From the NCBI GenBank assembly GCA_021773115.1, contig JAJFKS010000006.1, positions 375,266 through 439,265 of the forward strand: a DNA stretch of 64,000 bases, written 5' to 3'. Below, piece by piece: positions 47,649 through 57,647 of the stretch. The notes under the pieces were generated by a model. That model was not told the DNA's origin and did not search any database. It worked only from the letters and a program-made list of their open reading frames with translations. Source of the DNA: Woeseiaceae bacterium. Its GTDB lineage: Bacteria; Pseudomonadota; Gammaproteobacteria; Steroidobacterales; Woeseiaceae. Both the position numbers and the translations under genes were made by a program. Position 1 is the stretch's first letter. Each line of letters starts with the position of its first letter.

Positions 47649-49508
47649 ATGAATAGAGCGCTGATAGTCGTTGTTGTATCCGCATTGGTCGCGTGTGGCG
47701 GCGAATCCGCGTCGAGCGTGACAACACCATCGTCATCAGGGGTCACGCTCATTTCGGACGTTCAGGGGCCGGGCAGTTCGAGCCCGCTCGACGGCCAGAC
47801 AGTCACCGTGTCAGGGATCGTCAGCGGCGATTTTCAGGACGGTGACGCCGACTCAACGCGTAACCTGGGTGGTTTTTATCTGCAACAGGCGACACCCGAC
47901 GCCGACGCATTGAGCTCTGAAGGCATTTTCGTATTCGACGGAAATAATCCGAGCATCGATGTCAGCGTCGGCGATCACGTCGAGGCGACCGGAACTGTCG
48001 GTGAATATTTCGGTGAAACACAGATCAGCGCCACATCAGTCGTCGTAATCGGCAGCGGCATGATCCAGGCAACAGAGGTGAATCTGCCAGGCAGCGATAC
48101 GCTCAGCAACTCGGATGGCAATCCGATAGCCGACCTCGAGCGCTATGAGGGCATGCTCGTTCGCTTCCCGCAGCAACTAACAATCAGTAATCTGCGCTTC
48201 CTGGAACAGTTCGGCGAAATCAGCCTGTCGCAGGGTGGCCGCGTATTCCAGTTTACAAATCATCATGTGCCGGACGCGGCGGCATACGCAGCACATGTGC
48301 GCGAAGCGGCCGCACGAACAATAATCCTCGACGACGGTCAGCGGCTGGCCTACCCAGCGGCTATCGCGTACCTGACGGCTGGGCCGACCGCGTCTTACTC
48401 GATTCGAATCGGTGATTCGATCAGCGACGTTACCGGTAACCTGCGTTATTCACGGGGCAGCGGCGGCAGTGGCGAAGAATCCTGGCGCCTGATGCCGACT
48501 GACCCAGTTGTTTTTGATGACAACAATCCGCGGCCTGCGGCGCCCGCAGTCGCTGGCACAACCCGCATCGCGAGTGCCAACGTACTGAATTTCTTCTCCG
48601 GTATCGACGGCGGTCAGCCAAATTGTGGGCCAGAAGGCCGCGACAATTGTCGTGGCGCCGACAGCGGCGTTGAACTTGACCGCCAGCTTGCAAAGACAAG
48701 TACGGTGCTGGCGATGATGGATGCTGATATCGTCGGATTGATCGAACTCGAAAACAATGCGAGCGCCTCGATTGCTGCGATCGTTGACGCATTGAACACG
48801 CGCCTTGGCACTAGCCGATATGCCTACGTCGATACCGGCACAATCGGCGATGGCGCGATCAAGACTGGCTTCATCTACGATGCCACAACGATTCAGCCTG
48901 CAGGCCGGTTTGCGATACTCGACACTGGCGTCGATCCGCGATTCAATGATCGGCGCAATCGACCAGCCCTTGCTCAGAGCTTTGAGGTGATCAGTTCTGC
49001 TGCGACCTTGACGGTACTCGTGAACCATCTCAAGTCAAAAGGATCGAGCTGCGATGCCGACGGCGACCCGAACACCGGTGACGGTCAAAGCAATTGCAAT
49101 ATCACGCGCAGCAATGCCGCCGCCGCCATCGTCGACTGGATCGCCACCGACCCAACGGGAAGCAACGATCCGGACTTTCTGATCATCGGCGACCTGAACG
49201 CCTACATCATGGAAGACCCGCTAAGGACACTGAAAAATGGCGGCCTGACGAATCTCTTGGAAAACAACAACGCCCCCTACTCTTTTTCATTCGACGGGCA
49301 GTCCGGTGCACTGGATCACGCGCTGGTGACCGACAGCCTTATCGGGCAAGTCGTTCAAACGATCGAATGGAACATCAATTCTGATGAGCCACAGCTACTC
49401 GATTACAACCTCGAAAACGGACGTGACGCGACCCTGTTCGATCCAGACTCGCCGTATCGGGCATCGGATCATGATCCGATTATTGTTGATCTCGATTTGA
49501 CTGACTGA
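47649..49508 (+). CDS. ExeM/NucH family extracellular endonuclease, lipoprotein
   Basis: Lipobox SALVACGG. N-terminal ISDVQGPGSSSPLDGQTVTVSGIVSGDF...GGFYLQ module and a C-terminal endonuclease/exonuclease/phosphatase domain ending YRASDHDPIIVDLDL. Confidence 0.8.
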   Translation: MNRALIVVVVSALVACGGESASSVTTPSSSGVTLISDVQGPGSSSPLDGQTVTVSGIVSGDFQDGDADSTRNLGGFYLQQATPDADALSSEGIFVFDGNNPSIDVSVGDHVEATGTVGEYFGETQISATSVVVIGSGMIQATEVNLPGSDTLSNSDGNPIADLERYEGMLVRFPQQLTISNLRFLEQFGEISLSQGGRVFQFTNHHVPDAAAYAAHVREAAARTIILDDGQRLAYPAAIAYLTAGPTASYSIRIGDSISDVTGNLRYSRGSGGSGEESWRLMPTDPVVFDDNNPRPAAPAVAGTTRIASANVLNFFSGIDGGQPNCGPEGRDNCRGADSGVELDRQLAKTSTVLAMMDADIVGLIELENNASASIAAIVDALNTRLGTSRYAYVDTGTIGDGAIKTGFIYDATTIQPAGRFAILDTGVDPRFNDRRNRPALAQSFEVISSAATLTVLVNHLKSKGSSCDADGDPNTGDGQSNCNITRSNAAAAIVDWIATDPTGSNDPDFLIIGDLNAYIMEDPLRTLKNGGLTNLLENNNAPYSFSFDGQSGALDHALVTDSLIGQVVQTIEWNINSDEPQLLDYNLENGRDATLFDPDSPYRASDHDPIIVDLDLTD

Positions 49509-49646
49509 TGACCCGGCCGAATGGCGGGCATCGGCGCCGTAGTCGATGCCACCGTTTGGGCACGCGCCACGCGATTGTGACGAGGACTTTGCGGGTTAGC
49601 TGTTAGGATGAGAACAGACCCAATGTGAAAAACCACCGGTGACCAC

Positions 49647-51044
49647 GTGATTCAAGCGCCTGCTCCAAAGAGACATCTCGTACGAGCACTGACCCTGATC
49701 CCCGCTACAGCGATTATTTTAGCCAACATCATCGGCACCGGTGTATTCGTCAAGGCCCGGGTCATGACCTGCAACGTCGGCAGCCCCGAGATGGTACTGA
49801 TCGTCTGGTTTGTCGCGGGATTACTGACATTGGCGAGCGCACTTGTCTATGCCGAGCTTGGCGCGATGATGCCGCGCTCGGGTGGCGAATTTAATTTTAT
49901 CGGTGCGGCATTTGGACGGCGCTGGGCGTTTCTTTACGGCTGGACGAAGTCGGTAGCCTTGGGCGCATCCGTTGCGGCTGCCGCAATAATTATGGTCATT
50001 TTCCTGAATGATTTTACGGGCGGATCGTTACCGCCCCTGGCGCTTCAGGTGTTGCCGTTCCTCGTCATCATCGTGTCGACCGTCATTAATTTCCTGACGG
50101 TTCGAGCGAGCGGTCAGTTAGTGACTGTACTGACTTCCATCAAAATAACCCTGGTTCTGCTCGTCGGCATGGGTGCCTACCTGCTCGCCGACGGGTCGTG
50201 GGGAAATTACGCGATGAATGGCGCAACGGGCAGTTGTGACGGCGTGCCAGAGAGTTCGAAACTCGGCATACGCGGTTTCGGTGCGGCAATGCTTGGAGCA
50301 CTTTGGGGCTACAACGGCTGGGCTATCATTGCGTCGCTCGGCGGTGAAATTAAGAACCCGGGACGTACCATTCCACGCGCGCTCATTGGCGGTACGCTAC
50401 TTGTGATCACGCTATACCTGATGATCAATGCCGCGTATTTCTACGTCCTCACACCCCTCGAGGTGGCCAGCGTCGCCGAATCGTCCTCAGTTGCGGCAGA
50501 AGCTGCTTCACGATTCTTTGGCCCGGGTGTCGTGGCGCTGATGTCCGCCGGGCTGATGATCTCCGCCTTCGGAACACTGCACACCACGATATTGACGGGC
50601 GCGCGCGTACCGTTTGCCCTTGCACGCGTTGGCCTGCTTCCATCCATGCTGGGTTTGATTTCGGCGAATGCCGTGCCAACCGTTGCCGTGATGGTCATCG
50701 GTGTGTGGTCCATTGTCCTCACAGCAACCGGCACCTACGACATCCTGACCGATATCTATATCTTCGTTCTGTCGGTGTTTTTCTTCATGAGCGGTGCAGC
50801 ACTATTCGTGCTGCGACGGACAGCGCCGGACGCGAGCCGCCCTTACCGTGTTTGGGGATATCCATTCGTCCCGGGCCTGTTTCTGTTGGTCACGGGATAT
50901 CTGCTCATCAATACCTTCCTGGCAACACCGTCTCGAGCGATCGCCGGAATCGGCTTGATTGTTTTAGGCCTTCCTATATACGAATACTTCACCCGTCGTG
51001 GCGGCGAACTGCCTGAACCTGGCTGGCTGGGGGATGAATTCTAG
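49647..51044 (+). CDS. APC superfamily amino acid permease
   Basis: 465 aa with 12 TM. N-terminal IIGTGVFVK block typical of APC transporters. GTG start; no in-frame ATG lies nearby. Confidence 0.75.
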   Translation: MIQAPAPKRHLVRALTLIPATAIILANIIGTGVFVKARVMTCNVGSPEMVLIVWFVAGLLTLASALVYAELGAMMPRSGGEFNFIGAAFGRRWAFLYGWTKSVALGASVAAAAIIMVIFLNDFTGGSLPPLALQVLPFLVIIVSTVINFLTVRASGQLVTVLTSIKITLVLLVGMGAYLLADGSWGNYAMNGATGSCDGVPESSKLGIRGFGAAMLGALWGYNGWAIIASLGGEIKNPGRTIPRALIGGTLLVITLYLMINAAYFYVLTPLEVASVAESSSVAAEAASRFFGPGVVALMSAGLMISAFGTLHTTILTGARVPFALARVGLLPSMLGLISANAVPTVAVMVIGVWSIVLTATGTYDILTDIYIFVLSVFFFMSGAALFVLRRTAPDASRPYRVWGYPFVPGLFLLVTGYLLINTFLATPSRAIAGIGLIVLGLPIYEYFTRRGGELPEPGWLGDEF

Positions 51045-51055
51045 TGAGACTCTGA

Positions 51056-51493
51056 TTAATTCAGGCTGAGTAAAACCTCATGGAGATCACTTCGTACGAC
51101 TTCGACTGCGTCAATGATCCGATCTTTCGCCGCCCTGCTCTTTCCGAGTTTCACGAAATCGGCATTCCAGACATCGTAAAGCGCCGATGCGGATTCGGGC
51201 ACGGTACCCGCCGCGACCTGTGAAAGATCACGAATAGTCAGGACCTCGGCCCAGGCCTCACGCAATATGGCGTCACCGTCAATGTTCTTGCCAAAGTGCC
51301 GATCCATGGTCAGTTGTTGCAGATCACCCAGCATCAATAACATTTGGATCGACACGAGCCGCTGGTTGCGATTGTGTTCGCTGGCTTCGTTTCGCCAGGT
51401 GTTGTAGCCCAGGCTGGTGATCGCAATGGCGAGACTGATGAGTGCGACGGTGTTGCGGCGGAGTTGTTCTTTGATGGTTGAAGCTTTATTCAT
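51056..51493 (-). CDS. hypothetical single-pass membrane protein
   Basis: Start at Met20 (ATG 51491-51493), overlapping the MFS stop by 8 nt. One TM (TVALISLAIAITSLGY). No family recognised. Confidence 0.5.
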   Translation of the reverse strand: MNKASTIKEQLRRNTVALISLAIAITSLGYNTWRNEASEHNRNQRLVSIQMLLMLGDLQQLTMDRHFGKNIDGDAILREAWAEVLTIRDLSQVAAGTVPESASALYDVWNADFVKLGKSRAAKDRIIDAVEVVRSDLHEVLLSLN

Positions 51494-52754
51494 GAGCGTT
51501 TTTCCATAGCTTATTGCGACCATGCCGATGCAGCCAGACAAGCCATGCAACCGACAATAATCCCAGTAGTGCGGTCCCGGCCAGAAACAGAAAATAATTC
51601 TGATGCCCGACTATTCCGGGATTGGCATCCAGTATGCGACCGCCGATCGGGGCGAAAAAAATATCGGGCGTATACCCGACCATCGATATGAAGCCGACAG
51701 TCGTGCCGGTGAGAAAGGCTGGCGTCCGGCTCTCTCCCAGCAATGCGAAATAAATACCTCTCAATGCGTAAACTGCGACATAACTCGCGAAAAAATTTAT
51801 GTAGATGATCGCCGCGCCTGAACCTGACGGTGTTAGCACAGACCAGGTCGTATAGGACAACAATAGAATCCCGAATACCACGGCAATTGAATGCGATGCC
51901 CTGAAACGATCAGCGACCAATCCCGCGAGCAGTGCGGCGACCGGTCGCGTCCAGGCCCCGTAACTCGCAAGTCTCGCACCCTCTACTTCGTCCATGCCAA
52001 AGACCTCGACCGCGTACAGTGAGTAATTGTCGAGCCCCCGGAATGCGCAGTAGGCGAACAATATGACGCATGCCTGCGCCCAGACAGCCGGCTGGCGCAG
52101 GACGATCGCAATGCCGCGAAACGGACTGGGTTTGGCCACCCGTTCTCGCTTGTGCGCCGGTATCGCAAACCAGGCGAGAACAGCGGCGAGAAAAGTGACC
52201 AGTGTGTACAGCAATACAACGGTTCGAAACCCCGCTTCGCGCTCTTCGTCTGTGGCCATCCGTGCGTTATCCGGAAGAAATGACCCCAGCACGTAAACTG
52301 CAAACAATGACAACGACGCTGCGGCCAGTCCACGGCCGCCTTCAAGCAGCCCGAAGGCAACACCTTGCGACTGATTACCGCCCCATTCCCGGGTAGCGAC
52401 AATCAATGCGCCCCACATGAAAAAGATCGACGTTACACCCCAATATCCGTACAGCACCGACATGCCAAGCGGCCCGGGCAGGCTTGCCATGTAGAGCCCC
52501 CCGATCGCTGTCGAGAACAGTGATATGACCATGAGGGTTCGAGCCGAGATATGATCGGCCAATACACCGCCCGGAAAATAGCACAGCACCGCCGTGATTC
52601 CGTAGATCGCCGTGATATCACCGAGCGCGGTATTGGAAAAAGCAAACACCTCAAGCATCGTCGGCCGGAAAAAGCGCGGCACGTTGAATGGCAGGCCGAA
52701 AACGAATTCGCCTGCGACGATCAGTGCCAGCATCATCAAAAATCTACGCATCAC
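51486..52754 (-). CDS. MFS transporter
   Basis: 422 aa, 12 hydrophobic segments in a 6+6 arrangement. Confidence 0.75.
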   Translation of the reverse strand: MMRRFLMMLALIVAGEFVFGLPFNVPRFFRPTMLEVFAFSNTALGDITAIYGITAVLCYFPGGVLADHISARTLMVISLFSTAIGGLYMASLPGPLGMSVLYGYWGVTSIFFMWGALIVATREWGGNQSQGVAFGLLEGGRGLAAASLSLFAVYVLGSFLPDNARMATDEEREAGFRTVVLLYTLVTFLAAVLAWFAIPAHKRERVAKPSPFRGIAIVLRQPAVWAQACVILFAYCAFRGLDNYSLYAVEVFGMDEVEGARLASYGAWTRPVAALLAGLVADRFRASHSIAVVFGILLLSYTTWSVLTPSGSGAAIIYINFFASYVAVYALRGIYFALLGESRTPAFLTGTTVGFISMVGYTPDIFFAPIGGRILDANPGIVGHQNYFLFLAGTALLGLLSVAWLVWLHRHGRNKLWKNAHE

Positions 52755-52770
52755 GTTTCATTCGAACGGT

Positions 52771-53532
52771 TCAGCTTCTCAGTCGGTAACCGGTCTTGAA
52801 TATCCAGCGAACAACCAGCAGGCAAACAATCAAAAAGCCAATGGTGGTCACAAGGCTGAGTACAATGCTGACGTCGGCATTTTCGTAGAAGCTCCCGCGA
52901 AAACCACTGATCAGGTAAACGACCGGGTTGAACAAGCTGATTGTCTGCCAGACCGGCGGCAACATGCTGATTGAATAAAAGGTACCGCCCAGAAACGTCA
53001 GCGGCATGATCACCAGTACTGGAACGATTGTCAGCTTCTCCCAGCCTGTTGCCCAGATACCGAGAATGAACCCGAACAGACAAAACGACACGCAAGTCAG
53101 GATCAGAAACGACACCATGACAAAAGGATGTGCGATTTCAATATCAACGAAGAAACTGGCCGTAAACAAAATGATGCCGCCGATGATCATCGACTTGCTG
53201 GCCGCCGCGCCGACATACCCGAACAATACCTCCACATAGGAAATGGGCGCAGACAGCAGCTCGTAGATCGTGCCCGTAAACTTCGGGAAGTAGATTGCAA
53301 ACGACGAGTTTGAAATACTCTCGGTCATGATTGCCAGCATGATAAGACCGGGCACGATAAACGACCCATATCCGACGCCATCTATTTCAGTGATGCGCGA
53401 GCCGATCGCCGAACCAAAAATTACAAAATAAAGTGACGTCGACAGCACCGGCGCGACGATGCTCTGAACAACTGTTCGGAACATACGCGCCATCTCATAG
53501 CGGTAGATGGCTTTGACGGCCCGGAAATTCAT
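52771..53532 (-). CDS. ABC-2 type transporter permease (YadH-like)
   Basis: 253 aa with 6 TM. Stop/start overlap (TAATG) with the upstream ATPase. Confidence 0.8.
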   Translation of the reverse strand: MNFRAVKAIYRYEMARMFRTVVQSIVAPVLSTSLYFVIFGSAIGSRITEIDGVGYGSFIVPGLIMLAIMTESISNSSFAIYFPKFTGTIYELLSAPISYVEVLFGYVGAAASKSMIIGGIILFTASFFVDIEIAHPFVMVSFLILTCVSFCLFGFILGIWATGWEKLTIVPVLVIMPLTFLGGTFYSISMLPPVWQTISLFNPVVYLISGFRGSFYENADVSIVLSLVTTIGFLIVCLLVVRWIFKTGYRLRS

Positions 53533-54455
53533 TAGCGCTTTTTCACCAGGTCGACAAAGATCTCTTCAAGTGAACTTTGCGAGGTATGCAAATCGTTGAA
53601 ATGTATGCCGGCCTCACCAAGATCACTGAGCAGCGCCGTAATGCCGGTGCGTTCACGAGCGGTATCATAAGTGTAGGTCAGGTCGTTTCGGTCCTCGCTG
53701 AGCTCAAGCTGATAATCCTTCAATTGCAGCGGCACTTCGGCAAGTGGCGCCTGCAGATTCAATACCAGCTGCTTCTTGCCAAGATCGTGCATAAGCTTGT
53801 CTTTTTGTTCCACCAGAATTATCTCGCCGTGATTGATCACGCCGACACGATCAGCGAGTTGTTCGGCCTCTTCAATATAGTGTGTCGTCAGAATTACAGT
53901 CACACCCTGGTCGCGCAAAGCCGATACAACGTTCCACATATCCTGGCGCAACTCCACATCGACGCCGGCTGTTGGTTCGTCCAGAAAAAGCACCTCGGGC
54001 TCGTGCGCCAATGCTTTGGCGATCAGGACGCGACGCTTCATGCCGCCCGACAATTGCATGCTAATGGTATCTTTCTTGTCCCATAGCGACAGCGAACGGA
54101 GAACTTTTTCGAGGTACTCCGGGCTCGCTGCCTTGCCAAACAGGCCGCGGCTGAAGCGGCAGGTATTCCAGACTGTCTCAAACGACTCGCTCGCCATCTC
54201 CTGCGGTACGAGGCCAATTCGGGACCGAGTCTGCCGGAAATCACGCTGGATATCGAAACCATCGACGGACACACTGCCACTCGTCGCATTGACGATGCCG
54301 CAAACGATATTGATCAGCGTAGTTTTTCCCGCACCGTTTGGTCCCAACAAGGCGAAAATCTCGCCTCGATCGATATCGAGACTGACCTCGTTGAGCGCCT
54401 TGAAGCCGCCCGCATAGGTCTTTGTTAGACCGTTAATCGAAATCATGGATTGCAT
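53532..54455 (-). CDS. ABC transporter ATP-binding protein (YadG-like, ABC-2 subfamily)
   Basis: Walker [10 protein letters not shown], signature [15 protein letters not shown] and Walker [11 protein letters not shown]. 307 aa. Confidence 0.9.
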   Translation of the reverse strand: MQSMISINGLTKTYAGGFKALNEVSLDIDRGEIFALLGPNGAGKTTLINIVCGIVNATSGSVSVDGFDIQRDFRQTRSRIGLVPQEMASESFETVWNTCRFSRGLFGKAASPEYLEKVLRSLSLWDKKDTISMQLSGGMKRRVLIAKALAHEPEVLFLDEPTAGVDVELRQDMWNVVSALRDQGVTVILTTHYIEEAEQLADRVGVINHGEIILVEQKDKLMHDLGKKQLVLNLQAPLAEVPLQLKDYQLELSEDRNDLTYTYDTARERTGITALLSDLGEAGIHFNDLHTSQSSLEEIFVDLVKKR

Positions 54456-54546
54456 GCCGACAATGATACGATGCTTTTCACCTGAAAATCTTCGCGACTA
54501 CGACCGGGACATTAATACCGCGCAACAATGCCAGCAGCACCGCCAT

Positions 54547-55545
54547 CTAGAATTTGAGTGCATCTGCATAAGCGAACAACCCGGCTGAACCGCCCGTATG
54601 CAGGAACACGATTTTCTGTCCTTTCTTGAATCGCCCCTGCCGAATGTAGTCAATCATTCCCGCAAGCGCCTTGCCGCTGTAAACCGGATCGAACAACAGG
54701 CCCTCGAAACGCGCCAGCATCAACACCGCTTCGTTCATGCCATCGGTCGGCACACCATAACCCGCACCAATGTAGTTGCAGTCCGCGACGATATCTTCGC
54801 GAACAACGCAATTCGGGGCCGATACCAGCTCGGCGGTTTCGACAGCCAGTTTAAAAACGCGCTCTTCCTGCACATCCTGTGGCGCGTTGACGCCGATACC
54901 GAGAATTGGCAGTTCGCTACCGCTGCCACGGAGACCGACAACGAGCCCGGCATGCGTACCGGCGCTGCCCGTTGCCGAGATAATGTGGTCGATCTCGAGC
55001 TTTTGCTCATCGAGTTGTTGCAGCAACTCTATGCCGCAGTCAACGTAACCAAGCGCCCCCACGGGATTTGATGCGCCTCCCGGTATAAAATAGGGCGCGC
55101 CACCTTTGGCGCGAACTTCATTGCTGATTTCACGCATGGCCGCGTCAAAGTCCGTTCCCGCCGGATACTCGCGCAGATTCGCGCCGAATATTCGATCAAG
55201 AAATACATTGCCCGAATTTCTGTAGGTATCGCCTGGCTTCGTCACGCGGTGCTCGAGCATGACCTCACACGCGAGACCCAATTTGCAGGCCGCAGCGGCT
55301 GTTTGGCGTACATGATTCGATTGAATCGCGCCAACGGTGATTATCGTGTCCGCCCCTTTCGCCAGCGCCTCGCCCATCGAGAACTCCAGCTTACGGGTTT
55401 TATTTCCGCCGGTGGCGAGGCCAGTGCAGTCGTCACGCTTGACATAAATATCGGGGCCGCCCAGGTGCTCCGTCAATCGTGGCAGGAACTCCAGCGGCGT
55501 GGGCAGATGTGCGAGTTTCGCTCGCGGAAAATCAGACAACAGCAT
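54547..55545 (-). CDS. PLP-dependent D-cysteine desulfhydrase / ACC deaminase / cysteate sulfo-lyase (DcyD-CuyA) family lyase
   Basis: Colinear with E. coli DcyD as I remember it: PTPLEFLPRL, GGNKTRKLEF (PLP Lys), GAIQSNHVRQTAAAA, SGSAGTHAGL, GYGVPTD, DPVYSGKA, HTGG. Confidence 0.8.
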   Translation of the reverse strand: MLLSDFPRAKLAHLPTPLEFLPRLTEHLGGPDIYVKRDDCTGLATGGNKTRKLEFSMGEALAKGADTIITVGAIQSNHVRQTAAAACKLGLACEVMLEHRVTKPGDTYRNSGNVFLDRIFGANLREYPAGTDFDAAMREISNEVRAKGGAPYFIPGGASNPVGALGYVDCGIELLQQLDEQKLEIDHIISATGSAGTHAGLVVGLRGSGSELPILGIGVNAPQDVQEERVFKLAVETAELVSAPNCVVREDIVADCNYIGAGYGVPTDGMNEAVLMLARFEGLLFDPVYSGKALAGMIDYIRQGRFKKGQKIVFLHTGGSAGLFAYADALKF

Positions 55546-55584
55546 TTTTGTTTTCCTTGTGGAAATTTATGTATTTGCGATGGC

Positions 55585-56289
55585 TCATTCGCAGCCCATG
55601 GCGAGCGCGACCGTCTTTTTCGCAAGCTCGTCCGTCGACGAAATAAAAGCAACATTGAACATTGATTCATCCAGCACTAACGGAAGTTCAGTGCAAGCGG
55701 CGATTAGTACTTTCGCACCTCGAGTGACTAAACGATTGGCCTCTTCACGCACCGCCGTCACCAGTTCGCTGGACAGATCGCCGCCTTTGATGCGCTCGAC
55801 CAGGGACATTAAAGCCGCAAGCTCGTCGGCAGTTTGCGTTATCACCGGGCGACCGCCGTCTGCCAGCGCCTGCTGATAGAGTCCGGCCGTAAAACAGCCA
55901 GGCGTCGTCATCAGCCCGATGGCACTATCGTTGCTGCTTCGTGACAGGGCCGATTCGACGCTCGCGTCAATGATACTGATAAACGGAACGCTACTCGCAG
56001 CCTCTATATCGGCTTGCCACGCGTGGGCAAGATTGCAGGGCATGACCAGCAAATTGGCGCCGGCAATTTCGAGGCGACGAGCCATCGCTGCGAGCGTCGG
56101 TCCGGGACTTTCGCCCTCGCCTCGCATGGCCTTTTGCCTGCTTGGAATTCGCGGATTGTGCTCGACAAGCATACGCAGGTGCTGCTGGTCGTTTTCAGCG
56201 GGGGTCCGGTCCATGACGCGCGCCATGAAGTCGACGGTTGCGGCCGGTCCCATGCCACCGATTATTCCAACAACTTTATCCGCTTTCAC
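55585..56289 (-). CDS. aspartate/glutamate racemase family protein (two-Cys racemase)
   Basis: GIIGGMGPAAT at the N-terminus. Catalytic Cys contexts LVMPCNLAH and LIAACTELP. 234 aa. Confidence 0.8.
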   Translation of the reverse strand: MKADKVVGIIGGMGPAATVDFMARVMDRTPAENDQQHLRMLVEHNPRIPSRQKAMRGEGESPGPTLAAMARRLEIAGANLLVMPCNLAHAWQADIEAASSVPFISIIDASVESALSRSSNDSAIGLMTTPGCFTAGLYQQALADGGRPVITQTADELAALMSLVERIKGGDLSSELVTAVREEANRLVTRGAKVLIAACTELPLVLDESMFNVAFISSTDELAKKTVALAMGCE

Positions 56290-56338
56290 GCCGGTTCACC
56301 GCCTGTTCGATTACGGCAAACATCTTACACTGCTTGTG

Positions 56339-57541
56339 CTAGCCGGATTTGCGTTTGAGCGTACCGTCCTCGGCCATCATCATTTGCGAAGAATCCAGAT
56401 CGACCTGGTTGCGACCCGCTCGTTTGGATCGATACAAGGCGCTATCCGCACGAACGATTGTATCGGACAGGCAGGTATCCTTGTTTGATATTGTCGCGAC
56501 ACCGAAACTGGCGGTCATTTTGAGCGGAATTCCGTTGATTGCCATCTCATCCGACTCAACTCGAGATCGCAGTTTTCCCGCGATCTCGAGTGCTGCGTCA
56601 ATACGTGTTCCAGGCAGGATTAACGCGAACTCTTCTCCACCAACCCGTGCCAGAATATCTTCTGTGCGGCGATTGTTGGTAAGAATCTTCGAAAAATGCA
56701 CCAGTGCATCATCGCCACAGGCGTGACCAAATTCGTCGTTAATTCTTTTGAATCGATCGATATCGGTCATCACCACAGATACCGGGCGACCGGTTCGGCG
56801 TGCATTGGCATAGGCTCGGGTGCCCTGTTCGCCGAGACCGCGTCGGTTCAGTACGCCAGTCAATTGATCGCGAATTGCGATGTCTTTCATGTCAATCGAA
56901 ATGTCCGATGCCAGCATGAAGATGACGAACATGCCGGTTGCCATGTAGCCAGCGGGTAGCGTCATGAAATTGAAATTCAGATAAAGAGACTGGTAGACAC
57001 TGTCTCCGCCGGGCCCCTGCATTGCAGCCATCACGGCCGCGATGCCTTGCGCGATGGCAAACAGTACCAGGCTGGCGGCAGCCGCCCATTCCGCGGGTCG
57101 GGTTTTTTCGCGGTGCCGGACAATCATCAGTGCAGATAGGAGGAGCGTGACAGAAGCCGCAGCCGGAACGATCGCGGTGCGCAAGCCGATATTGGGATCA
57201 ATCACCGTCGCCCAGATGACGCCGGCGAGGACCAGCGCCGATATCGGCCAGAGATTGCCAGGCAGGTATTGGCAGTGGGTACGTTGGCAATGACCACGAA
57301 TGCCGAGCGTGATGACGACAAGTGCGAACGCATTGACCGTCAGCCGGTAGGTTTCAAAACTGGGAAATATGTCCGGCTGAAGATTGAAAAACCATTGGGC
57401 CGCGGCGGCAAGAAAGGCGAGAGACCAACTCAGCGCGTGGGCCATTTCGCCCATAGTTTTCCAAGCGATAAAAAAAATGATCGACAAGGTAGTACTTGCC
57501 AGTATCATCGCGACTATTATGTAGTACACCTGCGACGTCAT
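56339..57541 (-). CDS. membrane-anchored diguanylate cyclase (GGDEF)
   Basis: About 6-7 N-terminal TM segments, then a GGDEF domain with RVGGEEFALILPG and the upstream DQLTGVLNRRG. Confidence 0.85.
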   Translation of the reverse strand: MTSQVYYIIVAMILASTTLSIIFFIAWKTMGEMAHALSWSLAFLAAAAQWFFNLQPDIFPSFETYRLTVNAFALVVITLGIRGHCQRTHCQYLPGNLWPISALVLAGVIWATVIDPNIGLRTAIVPAAASVTLLLSALMIVRHREKTRPAEWAAAASLVLFAIAQGIAAVMAAMQGPGGDSVYQSLYLNFNFMTLPAGYMATGMFVIFMLASDISIDMKDIAIRDQLTGVLNRRGLGEQGTRAYANARRTGRPVSVVMTDIDRFKRINDEFGHACGDDALVHFSKILTNNRRTEDILARVGGEEFALILPGTRIDAALEIAGKLRSRVESDEMAINGIPLKMTASFGVATISNKDTCLSDTIVRADSALYRSKRAGRNQVDLDSSQMMMAEDGTLKRKSG

Positions 57542-57647
57542 TTCACATCTGTTTGATTCAATACCGATAAGAATCTATTGTGCATGGCGCCGCGCGCCGA
57601 TTAGTTGACACAGTGCACATAACAACAAGGAATAAGCGGAGTATTGC

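Noticed and set aside
57579-57619. Inverted repeat TGTGCA-N29-TGCACA with a central GGCGC-CGC-GCGCC hairpin, between the GGDEF gene and the AhpD-like gene.
   Set aside because: The arms are 6 bp with long spacing. A regulator site is plausible but it is not distinguishable from chance, and no cognate regulator gene is adjacent.
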